A stretch of DNA of 64,000 bases from an uncultured Candidatus Binatia bacterium (lineage in GTDB: Bacteria > Desulfobacterota > Binatia > UBA9968 > CAXXLF01): positions 56,187 through 120,186 of the forward strand of contig OZ244621.1 in NCBI GenBank assembly GCA_965218425.1, in the 5' to 3' direction. How positions within the stretch are numbered: position 1 is the stretch's first letter; every line of letters begins with the position of its first letter. The notes below the pieces were generated by a model. The model worked only from the letters and a program-made list of their open reading frames with translations, was not told the DNA's origin and made no database searches. The position numbers and the translations under genes are program-made. Positions 41,493-52,115 of the stretch are shown here, one piece after another.

Positions 41493-43226
41493 ATGGTAAG
41501 CCACGACCTCGTTGTTGTCGGAGGAGGCGGTGCCGGCTTGAGGGCCGCCATTGCCGCCGCAGAGTCATCCAACCAAAAATTGTCCATTGGCGTCGTCTCC
41601 AAGGTCTATCCCATGCGGAGCCATACGGTATCCGCCGAGGGAGGATCGGCAGCCGTGCTACGACCGAACGACAGCCATGACCTCCATTGCAAGGATACCA
41701 TCTTCGGGGCGGATTTTCTGGCCGACCAGGACGTTGTGGAGGCCTTTGTCAATGAAGCCCCGGCGGAATTGATCCAGATGGAACACTGGGGTTGCCCGTG
41801 GAGCCGTGACCCAGATGGAAAGGTCAGTGCGCGGTCCTTTGGAGGGATGAGCGTCGATCGTACGTTATTTGCGGCTGATAAGACCGGTTTCCATATGCTG
41901 CATGCCCTGTTTCAGACCTCCCTCAAGTACGAAAACATTGTGCGCTATGACGAGTTCTTTCTGACATCCCTGCTGTCTGACGATGGCAAGGTTCGGGGCG
42001 TAACCGCGCTCAACATTTATACGGGTCAATTGGAGGGGATCTCTGCCAAGGCCGTGATTATGTGCACGGGTGGTGCAGGACGGATATTCCCCTTTACCAC
42101 AAACGCGGCCATTAAGACCGGCGATGGGATGGCCCTTGCCTACCGCGCAGGGGTGCCCTTAAAGGACATGGAATTTGTCCAGTATCACCCCACGGGATTA
42201 CCCGGCACGGGTATCCTGATCACCGAGGCGTCAAGGGGCGAGGGAGGCTGGCTAAGAAATAAGGACGGTTACCGCTACCTTCAGGATTATGGGTTGGGCC
42301 CTCCCACCGATACGCCAACCCATAAAAAGATGGAGCTTGGTCCACGCGACATTCTATCCCGCTGCCACATGCAGGAGCTGCAAAAAGGACGTACCTTTGA
42401 AGGTCCCAATGGTCACTATGTCCACCTCGACCTTCGACACCTGGGCGAGGAGAAGATAAACCTGAAGCTCCCCTTTGTAAGGGAGTTGGCCAGTAAATAC
42501 GTGGGCATCGATCCGGTCTACGAACCCATCCCTGTTCGTCCAGTGGTTCACTATATGATGGGAGGCATTCATACCGATATCACGGGAAAAACTCCCATTG
42601 AGGGCCTCTACGCTGCCGGGGAAACCGCCTGTGTGTCCATCAACGGCGCCAATCGGTTGGGATCCAACTCGCTCACTGAGTGCCTCGTCTTCGGCGCCCG
42701 CGCTGGAAAGGCAGCTTCCGAATATATCCAAGGGCAGTCTCCACCTTCTTCCATTACCCTCGAAGCCCTTGCCCGCGACGAGCAGAATCGAATCGACAGC
42801 CAATTCCTTAATAACAAGAACGGGAAAGAGCGCATCGCGGACATTCGCACCGAGATGCAGATGTCCATGGAGGAAGGCATCGGGGTTTATCGCAGCGAGG
42901 AGTCCATGAAAGAAACCTGCAATAAGCTGGCCGATCTCAGGGGACGTTTTGCCAATATCAAAGTTGAAGATGCTAAAGGCGTGTTCAATACGGAACTCAC
43001 CAGCGCCCTGGAATTGGACTTTATGCTGGATATTGCACTGGCAGTGACCCATTGCGCCCTTGAACGAAAAGAGTCCCGAGGGTCTCACACTCGAACGGAC
43101 TTTCCCGAAAGGGATGACGACCAATACCTGAAACACTCCCTTGCCTATCGCACCCAGGGAGAGCCAAAGGTGGATTACCTGCCGGTTACCATCACTCGTT
43201 GGCAGCCGGAGGAACGAAAATACTAG
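41493..43226 (+). CDS. frdA: Fumarate reductase flavoprotein subunit
   Basis: [11 protein letters not shown] (His44 for covalent FAD), [33 protein letters not shown] motifs. Confidence 0.93.
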   Translation: MVSHDLVVVGGGGAGLRAAIAAAESSNQKLSIGVVSKVYPMRSHTVSAEGGSAAVLRPNDSHDLHCKDTIFGADFLADQDVVEAFVNEAPAELIQMEHWGCPWSRDPDGKVSARSFGGMSVDRTLFAADKTGFHMLHALFQTSLKYENIVRYDEFFLTSLLSDDGKVRGVTALNIYTGQLEGISAKAVIMCTGGAGRIFPFTTNAAIKTGDGMALAYRAGVPLKDMEFVQYHPTGLPGTGILITEASRGEGGWLRNKDGYRYLQDYGLGPPTDTPTHKKMELGPRDILSRCHMQELQKGRTFEGPNGHYVHLDLRHLGEEKINLKLPFVRELASKYVGIDPVYEPIPVRPVVHYMMGGIHTDITGKTPIEGLYAAGETACVSINGANRLGSNSLTECLVFGARAGKAASEYIQGQSPPSSITLEALARDEQNRIDSQFLNNKNGKERIADIRTEMQMSMEEGIGVYRSEESMKETCNKLADLRGRFANIKVEDAKGVFNTELTSALELDFMLDIALAVTHCALERKESRGSHTRTDFPERDDDQYLKHSLAYRTQGEPKVDYLPVTITRWQPEERKY

Positions 43227-43249
43227 CCCATGGTGGAAGAGGAGTTTTG

Positions 43250-43996
43250 ATGAGCGACGAGAAGGTCACACTGAAGGTTACCCGCTACCGGCCAGGTCAG
43301 GATTTGGCCCCGACCATGCAGAGTTACACGGTTCCCTATCGTAGCGATTGGGTGGTGCTGGATGCGTTAAACTATATCAAAGATCAGATGGATGGGACTC
43401 TGAGCTACCGCTGGTCCTGTCGTATGGGCGTATGCGGTAGCTGCGGGATGATGGTCAACAACGTTCCCAAGTTAACCTGCGCTGCATTTTTGCGCGATTA
43501 CTATCCGGGAGAGATCCGCGTTGAGCCTCTGGTGAATTTCCCGGTTATTCGCGACCTGGTCATTGATATGAGTGATTTCATGGCCAAGCTAAAGAGCGTG
43601 AAGCCGTGGATCATTCGTGAATGGGAAAAGCCCGTATCCGAAGGAGAGTATCTCCAGACTCCCGAACAGCTCGACGCTTACAAGCAGTTCACGCAATGCA
43701 TCAACTGCATGCTGTGCTATGCCGCCTGTCCGGTCTACGGTCTGGAACCTGAATTTGTGGGGCCCGCGGCTATTGCGTTGGGATACCGCTACAATATGGA
43801 TTCACGGGATCAGGGCAACACAGAGCGGGAGTCGGTCATTGGGGGCCATGACGGCGTGTGGCACTGCACCTTCGTGGGCGAATGCAGCGAGGTTTGTCCC
43901 AAGCATGTGGATCCAGCGGCCGCCATCCAGCGTTCCAAGGTCAATACCACAAAGCAATGGTTCACCTCTTTGCTTTTACCCTGGGGGCAGAGATGA
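43250..43996 (+). CDS. frdB: Fumarate reductase iron-sulfur subunit
   Basis: [40 protein letters not shown] motifs. Confidence 0.93.
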   Translation: MSDEKVTLKVTRYRPGQDLAPTMQSYTVPYRSDWVVLDALNYIKDQMDGTLSYRWSCRMGVCGSCGMMVNNVPKLTCAAFLRDYYPGEIRVEPLVNFPVIRDLVIDMSDFMAKLKSVKPWIIREWEKPVSEGEYLQTPEQLDAYKQFTQCINCMLCYAACPVYGLEPEFVGPAAIALGYRYNMDSRDQGNTERESVIGGHDGVWHCTFVGECSEVCPKHVDPAAAIQRSKVNTTKQWFTSLLLPWGQR

Positions 43997-44040
43997 CCCG
44001 TTCGATTAAGCTCAGGGTTATCCTGAGGAGGTCCGAAGGA
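43997..44040. repeat. REP-like intergenic palindrome
   Basis: TTCGA..AGCTCAGGG / TCCTGAG..GTCCGAA imperfect inverted repeat between frdB and frdC. Confidence 0.5.
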
Positions 44041-44086
44041 TGAGTCGCTCAATCCCGAGGAAGACCGATGGGAGGAGTTTCGAAGG

Positions 44087-44500
44087 ATGAACGGTCCGGG
44101 GCCCGATAAGTCCAAGCTCTATTATCCCAGCATGCCCACCATGTGGTGGTTGAGGAAGCGCAGTTACTTCCTTTTCATGGTCAGGGAGCTATCGAGTGTT
44201 TTTATAGCGCTCTTTCTCGTTGTTTTTCTCGCTCAGATCTACCAGTTAGCCGATGGCCAGCAGTCCTACACCGCCTTCATTCAAGGACTCGGGTCTCCTG
44301 CGTGGATTACCTTTCACGTGGTGGCCCTCTTGTTCGCCCTTTATCACACCTTTACATGGTTCCAATCCAGCTCGGTGGTTCTTCAGATTAAGATCGGGCG
44401 ACGGGTGCTCCCTCGCTCGGTTGTCATGGCCCTCCACGTTGGAGCTTGGGTGGTGGCCTCCGCCGTTGTTTTAATCATGTTTATTTCACTACGGAGTTAA
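44087..44500 (+). CDS. frdC: Fumarate reductase membrane anchor C
   Basis: WW....Y..FMVRE and LYHTFTWF motifs; three TM segments. Confidence 0.88.
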   Translation: MNGPGPDKSKLYYPSMPTMWWLRKRSYFLFMVRELSSVFIALFLVVFLAQIYQLADGQQSYTAFIQGLGSPAWITFHVVALLFALYHTFTWFQSSSVVLQIKIGRRVLPRSVVMALHVGAWVVASAVVLIMFISLRS

Positions 44501-44502
44501 AA

Positions 44503-44838
44503 GTGGCTGAGAAAAAGACATGTGAGCCCTTTTGGTGGGCGCTGTTCTCTGCAGGGGGAGTGGTGGCGGCTTTTCTGGTTCCAATCCATATTGTTCTAGT
44601 GGGTTTGGCGGTCCCCCTTGGTTGGATCTCGGATTCCGGCGTGTTATATCAGCAATGGTGGGTCAAGGCTTATCTCTTTGTGCTCATCAGTCTGCCTCTT
44701 TACCATTGGGCTCACCGATTTTACTTTACCCTGAACGACATGGGGCTGAAAGCGATGGGTAAATCCCTTGCCGTCTTATGTTACGGAGGTGCGGTTTTGG
44801 GCACATTTATAACCATTTGGATCCTGCTACAGGTATAG
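44503..44838 (+). CDS. frdD: Fumarate reductase membrane anchor D
   Basis: EPFWWALFSAGG, LP.YH..HR, CYG motifs. Confidence 0.88.
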   Translation: MAEKKTCEPFWWALFSAGGVVAAFLVPIHIVLVGLAVPLGWISDSGVLYQQWWVKAYLFVLISLPLYHWAHRFYFTLNDMGLKAMGKSLAVLCYGGAVLGTFITIWILLQV

Positions 44839-44847
44839 GAGGTTAAA

Positions 44848-45129
44848 ATGGCTGAGCAAGAAGAAAAATTAACTCAGGCCGACTTCGTAAAACGGGCAAT
44901 CCAAAAGCTGAGAAAAGATCCCTATAAAGGTATCCACTCAGTCTATTCAGGTTTCAATGAGGCATTTCGGGGATATTTCAACGAAGATCCCATCAAATGG
45001 ACTAATCAGCTGGCTTCTCAAGGGGTGATCGAGACCCGTCCGGCACGAGGTGGGGTTATGCTTTATCTGCCGGGAGAGGCTCCGGCGCGTAGCACCGGTC
45101 AGGACGTACTCAAAAAGATGGGGCTTTGA
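44848..45129 (+). CDS. Small hypothetical protein
   Basis: Strong RBS AGGAGG; last gene of the operon; motif KGIHSVYSGFNEAF. Confidence 0.75.
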   Translation: MAEQEEKLTQADFVKRAIQKLRKDPYKGIHSVYSGFNEAFRGYFNEDPIKWTNQLASQGVIETRPARGGVMLYLPGEAPARSTGQDVLKKMGL

Positions 45130-45162
45130 CCTTACTCCGGCGATTCTTCCCAATCGACCCGT

Positions 45163-45561
45163 TCACTCATAAATTATAAGCTCCAAGAGATTCTGGTCCG
45201 GATCTCGGAAGTAGATACTTTCACCAGTTGTGCCACCGGCCCGTCCTCCGGATCGAGTAACAGGACCTGCCTCAATGGGGATGGCCAGCCGTTCAAGAAG
45301 CTCCATCAACGAATCACGCGTCCCACTCCATACAAAGCAGAAATCACCACACCCTGGTCGAGCCGTAGGGCCCTTGAGAATATATTCGTTAGACTGCCAC
45401 GCAGCCGGTCCGTGGAAATTGATCTTATGGTCGCCGAAATGAACCGAGAAACGCGATTCCGACGATTGCTTTACCGTAAATCCAAGGCGCTCGTAGAAAA
45501 CGAGCATCTCATCCACCCTGGCGATAGGAATGGCTACATGATCGAAACCTGCGATGGCCAT
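45163..45561 (-). CDS. VOC/glyoxalase family protein
   Basis: FDHVAI, FY..LGF, FG..KINFH, GPV.R.GG, YFRDPD.NL.E motifs. Confidence 0.9.
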   Translation of the reverse strand: MAIAGFDHVAIPIARVDEMLVFYERLGFTVKQSSESRFSVHFGDHKINFHGPAAWQSNEYILKGPTARPGCGDFCFVWSGTRDSLMELLERLAIPIEAGPVTRSGGRAGGTTGESIYFRDPDQNLLELIIYE

Positions 45562-45832
45562 ATCGCGCCCCCTTTGCCCGTAAAGTCATCACCTTTGTAA
45601 CTCGCAAGCCCTCTCTATGACCCTAACCGTGACTTCCGCCATCTCGAAAAAGCACCTGATTCCTAACAAGGCGACCAATGGCCAGCACCATAGGGAAAAC
45701 AACTAACGCTCCCGGCACCAACAGCGAGATTATAATAAGAGACACTCGCATGGCACGGGTTTCGTATTGTTTCAACTTGTCGATGGCAACTACTAGCTAC
45801 GCTGATGCTAGAGCTTTCATTCGCAGCCACGG

Positions 45833-46648
45833 CTAATTTTTCGGCGTATACACTACGGGTATGCCATTGGTTCCAACTGGAATATAAACCGTTGTATGGT
45901 TGGGCGAGCTGGCCATTTTTTGCTGAGCCATGATCGCCTCGTGTTGCAGGTAGTTGGCCGTTAGGGTTTCATTGATAATTCTCTGCGCCTCGGCAATACC
46001 CTTTGCCTCTTCGATCTTTATTTCGGCATCCCTTTGGGCTATTTCTTTCTGTACAATTTTCTCTTCCAAAAGTTGCTGCGCGGCAAATTTCTGCTCAACG
46101 GCCTTAGAAACTACCGGCGGATAATCGACATTTCCAACAACAAGACTCACCAGTTGGAAAGGCGTGCCTTTTACATGCTCCAATAGCTTGCTCTTGATCT
46201 TATCGGCAAGAACGTCGCGATTGCCCTTAATTTCTCGACTCGTGTATTGTTGCACGGAAGCCCGAATGAACGTTCTGAATGGCTCTTTTACAAACCGTGT
46301 GTACCAGTTTTTGCCACCGTACTTTTGCACGATCTCTTTGACCGATCCTGGAGCGATGGAAATGACTGCGTGAAATCTGAAGGCGACATTCAAATCGTCC
46401 TTTGCCAGAATTTTGAGATCTTCGTCGTAAGTGAGTGGCCGCATATCAATGTTGGTGACCCGATTGCGCCACAATGAAAACCCGAAGTTACCCGGACCTT
46501 TGATGACTCCCCGGAATCCGCCTTTGCCATATACTCGGGGTTCCTCATAAACATACCCTTCGTTCCCCGCAGGGGTGTGTGAGTTCGTGCAACCAGTGAT
46601 CAGGAAAAGAATAAGAAACACCCCCGACAACAGTAATGAGTGCTTCAT
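45833..46648 (-). CDS. SPFH/prohibitin domain lipoprotein
   Basis: Lipobox ITGC; AVEQK.AAQQ; EAKGIAEAQ coiled coil. Confidence 0.85.
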   Translation of the reverse strand: MKHSLLLSGVFLILFLITGCTNSHTPAGNEGYVYEEPRVYGKGGFRGVIKGPGNFGFSLWRNRVTNIDMRPLTYDEDLKILAKDDLNVAFRFHAVISIAPGSVKEIVQKYGGKNWYTRFVKEPFRTFIRASVQQYTSREIKGNRDVLADKIKSKLLEHVKGTPFQLVSLVVGNVDYPPVVSKAVEQKFAAQQLLEEKIVQKEIAQRDAEIKIEEAKGIAEAQRIINETLTANYLQHEAIMAQQKMASSPNHTTVYIPVGTNGIPVVYTPKN

Positions 46649-47207
46649 AATAACCTCCTATCGTTTGGCTAGAACCTGTACAATATACCGTAAAACATTT
46701 GAAAGCTAACGGATAAGCTCATCCCGTTAGGTTTGTCCTGGAGGGCACTCGGAAGGATTCCGCTGGATTTGAACGTTTAAGATATGTCGTAATCTTTAAT
46801 ATTTTGGCGGTACTTAGCGTCTGAATGACGCCTCTATGATTGCAATTTGAGATCATGCAGGGTTTTCCCCTAGAAATAGTTTTCCGTTCTCTTCCTTCAT
46901 TGGGATTGCTAAAACCGCCGTTCTGCCCTGAAGTACGGAAATCGAGCCTTTCCGCTTCAAGCATTTCCCGAACCTGCGCTTTTGCACCGGTATGCCAGTT
47001 GAAAGGATATCGTTTTTTGAACCTTCGATGTTCGCTTCGATATAAGCGGCAAGGAAATCAATTTTTGATGAGCTCGGACTCGATCCTCACTTTTTTCGCT
47101 TCTGCCCGGAAGGTTTGAGTCCGATATCCTTGATTCTCGCCTTTCCCATCAGTACATGATGTCAAAGCGAGAAAAGCCAATACCAGACGCAACCTTTTGT
47201 ACACCCG

Positions 47208-48314
47208 TTAATCCAGCCAGTCTTTATCTTTCAATTTTTGGGGAAGATACTTTTTGGTGAGGTATTGAAAGTCCTTGTTGGCGAGGGCGTCCAGTTCGTA
47301 CTTGAGACCCATTGAGAGCATTCGCTTGATTTCTTTCTGCCATTCCTTTTTTTGAAACCATGGGTAGTTCATAAGCTCTTTGGCCCGGGTAACGTCTTTA
47401 TCGTTGAGCTTGATGCCGACATTACGCGGGAGACCGTATTTTTCTGGATCGGCACTGGAAAGGCCGATAAATTTGGCCTTCGGAATGGCCATGCGCTGAC
47501 TTTCAAAAGCAAGGTTGATGGAGCCCTGCTTGACCACCGAGTAGATATAATAACCCCAGGGGTCATTGTCCACGAGGACATAGACCGGGAGCCCCTTTTC
47601 TTCGTGCAGCCGGCGCGCCAGGCGCCTGACGCCTCGTGGCGGTTGGCCATTTCCCGTAAGGAGGACACAGTTATGTCCCCGCCAAAACTTGTCTTCCGAA
47701 AGTCGATTCCACTGGGTACCCTTCTCAACGAGAAGGACGAAATCAGCGGCACATCTCCTGATCTGGATGTATTCCGGCTCGACGATGGAGGGAACAGAGT
47801 AGCCGCCCTTCCCCAGCCGGGTACAGTCCACCTGGTCACCGTCATCAACCAATACCAGTGGTCCGATAACGGTACCGCCGTTGTCGGCACGTACATGTAA
47901 TTCTTCACGGAGGGCTTCCAGGGAGACTTCCAGGTCTTCGATGACGGGATCTGATTCGTTTTGGCCGTCAAAAGTATTTTCGTGTGAGTCTTTAATCGTA
48001 TGTTTGGCGCGGTAGTAGATTTCCCTGAGAGAGGTGGTGAGGTTCAATCGCTGGAGCTCGGACAGGGCATCCGCCACGAGCACTGTCTGCATAAATTTCT
48101 TCGCCATACCCACATTGAAAAAAGAGCGAGCCTGTTTATTCTTTCCCATCTCGATAATGCGTTTCTTCTGGTTAAACTTGACATTGGAAAGTGAGCGCAC
48201 GGGAATTTCAAGTGTCGGGTCCTTGCTCTTTTGCGCGGCCGTGATGACTGTGTCCGCGACTCCAACAAGTTTCTTCGCCACTGCACCGTTACTGCTGGGC
48301 TTTTTTCGTGCCAT
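47208..48314 (-). CDS. top6A: DNA topoisomerase VI subunit A (Spo11-like)
   Basis: REIYY catalytic Tyr; toprim VEK, GQP and DNDPWG; ELDAL. Confidence 0.93.
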   Translation of the reverse strand: MARKKPSSNGAVAKKLVGVADTVITAAQKSKDPTLEIPVRSLSNVKFNQKKRIIEMGKNKQARSFFNVGMAKKFMQTVLVADALSELQRLNLTTSLREIYYRAKHTIKDSHENTFDGQNESDPVIEDLEVSLEALREELHVRADNGGTVIGPLVLVDDGDQVDCTRLGKGGYSVPSIVEPEYIQIRRCAADFVLLVEKGTQWNRLSEDKFWRGHNCVLLTGNGQPPRGVRRLARRLHEEKGLPVYVLVDNDPWGYYIYSVVKQGSINLAFESQRMAIPKAKFIGLSSADPEKYGLPRNVGIKLNDKDVTRAKELMNYPWFQKKEWQKEIKRMLSMGLKYELDALANKDFQYLTKKYLPQKLKDKDWLD

Positions 48315-48322
48315 TGTGTTAC

Positions 48323-50338
48323 CTATTGCTTCCTGCGTTTTACGCTTTTCTTGGCTTTTACGGCGAGTGAAACCGCCTTCTTCTCGCCAGTAGACTTCTT
48401 GGCCCCCGTTGCTTTGCCCTTAGCCTTTGCTGTCACTTTCTCGTTCCCATTCATCTCCCCGGACCCGCCGGATTGCCCCTCTTCTTCGGAGGCTTCCTGC
48501 GGTGGGCCCACTTCAACATGCCCATTATCACCCATTATGGGAACCTCTCCTTCGGTTCTCTCCGGTGTCACGATAATGGAGAATGGGAGGCCTTCTGGGC
48601 CGTCTCCGTTCTTTCCCAATAGTTCGTCGGTTTTTTCTCCACCCGTTCGCTTCATGGCAATTTTTTGAAGCTGTTGTTTGAGTTTCTCCGTGAGCAGTTT
48701 ACCCCCCTTGAGGTGGTTGCAGGCTTCCACGACTTCCTCGATGTAGAGCTCAAAGATATTGCGCCGACGAAACTCGCTCTTTGCGTGCTCGCGACGTCTA
48801 AGAAAAGACCCTAGGCGCCGACCGCATTCCTGCAGGGCGAGTTTGATTTCCTTTCGTATTTCATCGTAGTCCGCGATTGCTTCTTTGGATTCACTGGTGA
48901 ACGGAACCCAGACCGAAGCCATATGAACAAAAATCACCATTGGACCGGATGGCAAGGCGCCCCTGGACTGTGGAACTCCATAATTGCGCCAACTTGTCTC
49001 CAGGGCCGATTTGAAGGTGGAGCAGGCGGATTGCTGGTAGAGAAGCGGAACGCGGTTGGCGTAGCGGATGACACTGGCCAGTTCATTGCCGTTATTTCGA
49101 CTCTCCCCTTCGGCAAGGGGAACCATTTTCTGATCCTGGTTCTTACCCACCTCATCAGGTCCTTTGCCATACGCTAGGCCCGCCTCAATGACGAATGGAT
49201 TGCCGCGGTAGACGGCTGGAGGACGGGTTACCGCAGTGTAAAAATCCCCGGTAATTTGCTTGTACAGGCCGTAGAGAATAGCCTTTTCGCCGATGGGCGA
49301 GATGCAGTTACTGGGCGGGGCCATGATCTTAGTGGACTGAATGGCCTTGTAGAGCGCCTCGGTCTTTTCTCCGTTAACGTCTCGGGGCCTTGTGCGCGGC
49401 GAAATATTGGCCGCCTTGCAAATTTCCTCGGCGAGTTTTGAGGACACGCGGCTGAAATCGCCGCTTAGAAAGCCGGAGAGCCGGTGACTCTTAGTGTCCT
49501 GAAGCATCTTCAGCATCATCCCGAACTCGATGCCGTAGGGATGCGGTTTGATTTCACGCGGTGGCGGAGGAAGCTCTTGAATGGTCCGCTGATATTCCTT
49601 GGTCTCACCTTCCGGGTTTATATACACGAGGTGTACATGTGGATTGGCAATGGAGGTCTCCTCTATATACTCGTCCACAGAGGCGCGCCCCTTCTGGTAG
49701 CGGCCTTCAATTTCCAGAGTGACCTGGGTCCCCGTGTGATTGTCCCATTGAACCTGCTTTTTCTCGATGATCAGAGGCTCATTTTTCTTAGTGTCGATTT
49801 GGACCTCGAAATAGTTGGCGGGAGTCTTGGCGCTGGTTCGGGAGATAATCTGTACGGGTTTCCCGGTTGTGAGCTGGCCATACATGCCGGCGGCGGAGAT
49901 ACCGATCCCCTGCTGTCCGCGGCTCATGCGAAGCCGGTGGAATTTTGACCCGTAGAGGAGCTTGGCAAAAATCCGCGGGATCTGTTGTCGCACAATACCA
50001 GGACCATGGTCAGTAACGGTTACCCGAAACCGGGTGGCCTGACTCGGAGCGGGCGCGGGCCCTCCGTTGACCGCCACCTCCAGCTTAACGGTTACGTCTG
50101 GGAGGATTCCGGCTTCCTCGCAGGCGTCAAGTGCATTGTCGACGGCCTCCTTTACGCATGTAAGCAGGGCTTTTCTCGGGTTATCGAATCCCAGCAGATG
50201 GCGGTTCTTGGTAAAGAATTCAGAAACAGAGATCTCCCGCTGACGAGCCCCCATTTCGACTGCGGTTACCGTCGGTCTCGGCTCAGCCCCGAAGCTGGAT
50301 TCCTCGGGTTGGTCAGCTTTCTTGTTGCTTTTCCGCAT
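48323..50338 (-). CDS. top6B: DNA topoisomerase VI subunit B
   Basis: EISVSEFF.KNR, EAVDNALDA, D.GPG, LLYGSKF, SRGQQGIG, RYANRVPL, VPFTSESKE motifs. Confidence 0.95.
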   Translation of the reverse strand: MRKSNKKADQPEESSFGAEPRPTVTAVEMGARQREISVSEFFTKNRHLLGFDNPRKALLTCVKEAVDNALDACEEAGILPDVTVKLEVAVNGGPAPAPSQATRFRVTVTDHGPGIVRQQIPRIFAKLLYGSKFHRLRMSRGQQGIGISAAGMYGQLTTGKPVQIISRTSAKTPANYFEVQIDTKKNEPLIIEKKQVQWDNHTGTQVTLEIEGRYQKGRASVDEYIEETSIANPHVHLVYINPEGETKEYQRTIQELPPPPREIKPHPYGIEFGMMLKMLQDTKSHRLSGFLSGDFSRVSSKLAEEICKAANISPRTRPRDVNGEKTEALYKAIQSTKIMAPPSNCISPIGEKAILYGLYKQITGDFYTAVTRPPAVYRGNPFVIEAGLAYGKGPDEVGKNQDQKMVPLAEGESRNNGNELASVIRYANRVPLLYQQSACSTFKSALETSWRNYGVPQSRGALPSGPMVIFVHMASVWVPFTSESKEAIADYDEIRKEIKLALQECGRRLGSFLRRREHAKSEFRRRNIFELYIEEVVEACNHLKGGKLLTEKLKQQLQKIAMKRTGGEKTDELLGKNGDGPEGLPFSIIVTPERTEGEVPIMGDNGHVEVGPPQEASEEEGQSGGSGEMNGNEKVTAKAKGKATGAKKSTGEKKAVSLAVKAKKSVKRRKQ

Positions 50339-50520
50339 ATCCTATCTCAGTTCGCCGCCCAAGGGCGAATAAAGTAGTTTGTAGCTCTGCTAAACTGTTG
50401 AAAACACTGGTTAGTAAGCTGTGGTGTTGTGGCAGATTCGGGCAAAGCGCCCGAAGTATTTTAGAGACATTGTACCGTAATTCCAATGAGTTAGCAAGAA
50501 ATAATTAAACCCTGGAAGGT

Positions 50521-50632
50521 TTACCCAAAACCAGATAATACCAGGGACGTGAGTCCTGGGATGAATGTTCCGAACTTTCCCGAAGGGAAGAGCTCCAAAG
50601 CCACGGACATAAGTGCGTGGCTCGGCGTTTAC
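50521..50632. mobile_element. Non-autonomous IS200/IS605-type palindromic mini-element (PATE-like)
   Basis: Subterminal hairpins at 50541-50559 and 50599-50622, central hairpin TTCCC-GAA-GGGAA, TTAC at both boundaries; no transposase. Confidence 0.55.
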
Positions 50633-50927
50633 ACGCCTTGAACACGCGACTCTGGGTATTGGTGCATAGAAGATATACCCAGCGAGTGCACTGGGCTCCC
50701 CATTATAGGTCTCGGGATGCCTCCTAGAGCGGCAAACCGACGCAGCTTTCCACAACCCCGAAGCAGGTCATGGACGGAACCCTTTCCTGGAAATCCCTGG
50801 TGGAGTAATTTCACAGTAAAGACGGGATATTTTAGCGTCGGAAAAGATTAAATCGAGAAAATCTGGACTTTTTCTCATCCCTGGGGTAAGGAAAAACTAA
50901 ACTTACCTTTTGGGGAGGAGTCCTGTT

Positions 50928-52061
50928 ATGGCGAAGAACGGATTCAGAGTGTTCGATAGCGACATGCACATTATGGAGCCCCCCGACCTTTGGCATCGCT
51001 ACATTGAGCCCGAGTTCAAGGAACACGCTCCCATCGGCCTCACCAGTGACGATGTGAGGGACTTGAGAATGGCTCACTCTGATGGGCGGCAATGGGGTCA
51101 CAACCCATCCAGAGATAAGATCCGATCGACCCGGGGACAAAATTTTCAACGGACTCAAATCATCTATCGTTATTACTCTGAACAGGGTTGGTCGTCCAAG
51201 GTACAACTTGAGGCCATGGATGTGGAAGGAATCGATGTGGGTGTCCTCTATCCCACCAGGGGGCTCACCGCGCTCGCCGAGCCCAACATGGAACCCCGCC
51301 TCGCCGCGGCCATCGCGCGCGCCTACAATAATTGGCTCTACGATTTCTGCAGTGAAGATCCGCAGCGTCTCTTCGGGGCGGCCATGATCTCACCCTACGA
51401 CGTCGATGAGGCGGTGAAAGAAGCCCAGCGATGCAAGAAGGAACTGGGTTTCCGTGCCGCCTTCATTCGAGCCAACCTTTTTAACGGAAAGAACTGGTTT
51501 GATGAATCTTACGATCCCCTATGGTCTACTTTGGAAGAATTAGACCTTCCCCTGGGTTTTCATGAAGCCACACGCAGTGGAGTGAACAACCCAGGAGAAC
51601 GTTTCGAGCCCAATTTTATGCTTCGTAGGGCATTCTCTCAGCCGTTGGAGCAGATGCTCGCCTTGGGAAGTTTCTGCGCCGGTGGGGTTTTGGCTCGCCA
51701 CCCCAAACTGCGTGTGGCCTTCCTGGAAGGAAACTGCAGCTGGCTACCCTGGGTCCTGTGGAGGCTCGATGAGGCAGTGGAACTCGACGGTGATACCTGG
51801 ACAAAGGGATTGACCATGGCACCTAGTGAATACTTCAAAAGGCAGTGCATTGTCTCCGTGGAACCGGATGAACATATTGCCCGTTCCGTAATTGATCAAC
51901 TGGGATGTGATCATCTCGTATTCTCGACTGACTATCCCCATGGCGATTCGCGGTTTCCCCATGCCATCGACACCTTCCTCGAGTTACCTTGGAGTGATGA
52001 GGAAAAACGTAAAATACTTTGGGATAATTGCGCTTCATACTATGGTTTCCATCTCGGTTAG
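50928..52061 (+). CDS. Amidohydrolase_2 family protein
   Basis: DSDMHIMEP, LYPT, AYNNWL, FLEG...W, FSTDYPH.D motifs. Confidence 0.9.
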   Translation: MAKNGFRVFDSDMHIMEPPDLWHRYIEPEFKEHAPIGLTSDDVRDLRMAHSDGRQWGHNPSRDKIRSTRGQNFQRTQIIYRYYSEQGWSSKVQLEAMDVEGIDVGVLYPTRGLTALAEPNMEPRLAAAIARAYNNWLYDFCSEDPQRLFGAAMISPYDVDEAVKEAQRCKKELGFRAAFIRANLFNGKNWFDESYDPLWSTLEELDLPLGFHEATRSGVNNPGERFEPNFMLRRAFSQPLEQMLALGSFCAGGVLARHPKLRVAFLEGNCSWLPWVLWRLDEAVELDGDTWTKGLTMAPSEYFKRQCIVSVEPDEHIARSVIDQLGCDHLVFSTDYPHGDSRFPHAIDTFLELPWSDEEKRKILWDNCASYYGFHLG

Positions 52062-52115
52062 AGATGAGCAGGACACAGTGCGCATCCTATTTTATTAGAG
52101 GAGGACGGAAAAAAC

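Noticed and set aside
45623-45751. 42-aa hydrophobic minus-strand ORF (MRVSLIIISLLVPG...)
   Set aside because: No RBS or recognisable family; could be chance or a remnant.
46719-47150. Coding-like stretch between the SPFH gene and top6A
   Set aside because: Interrupted frames with no assignable motif; probably a decayed gene, but unsupported.
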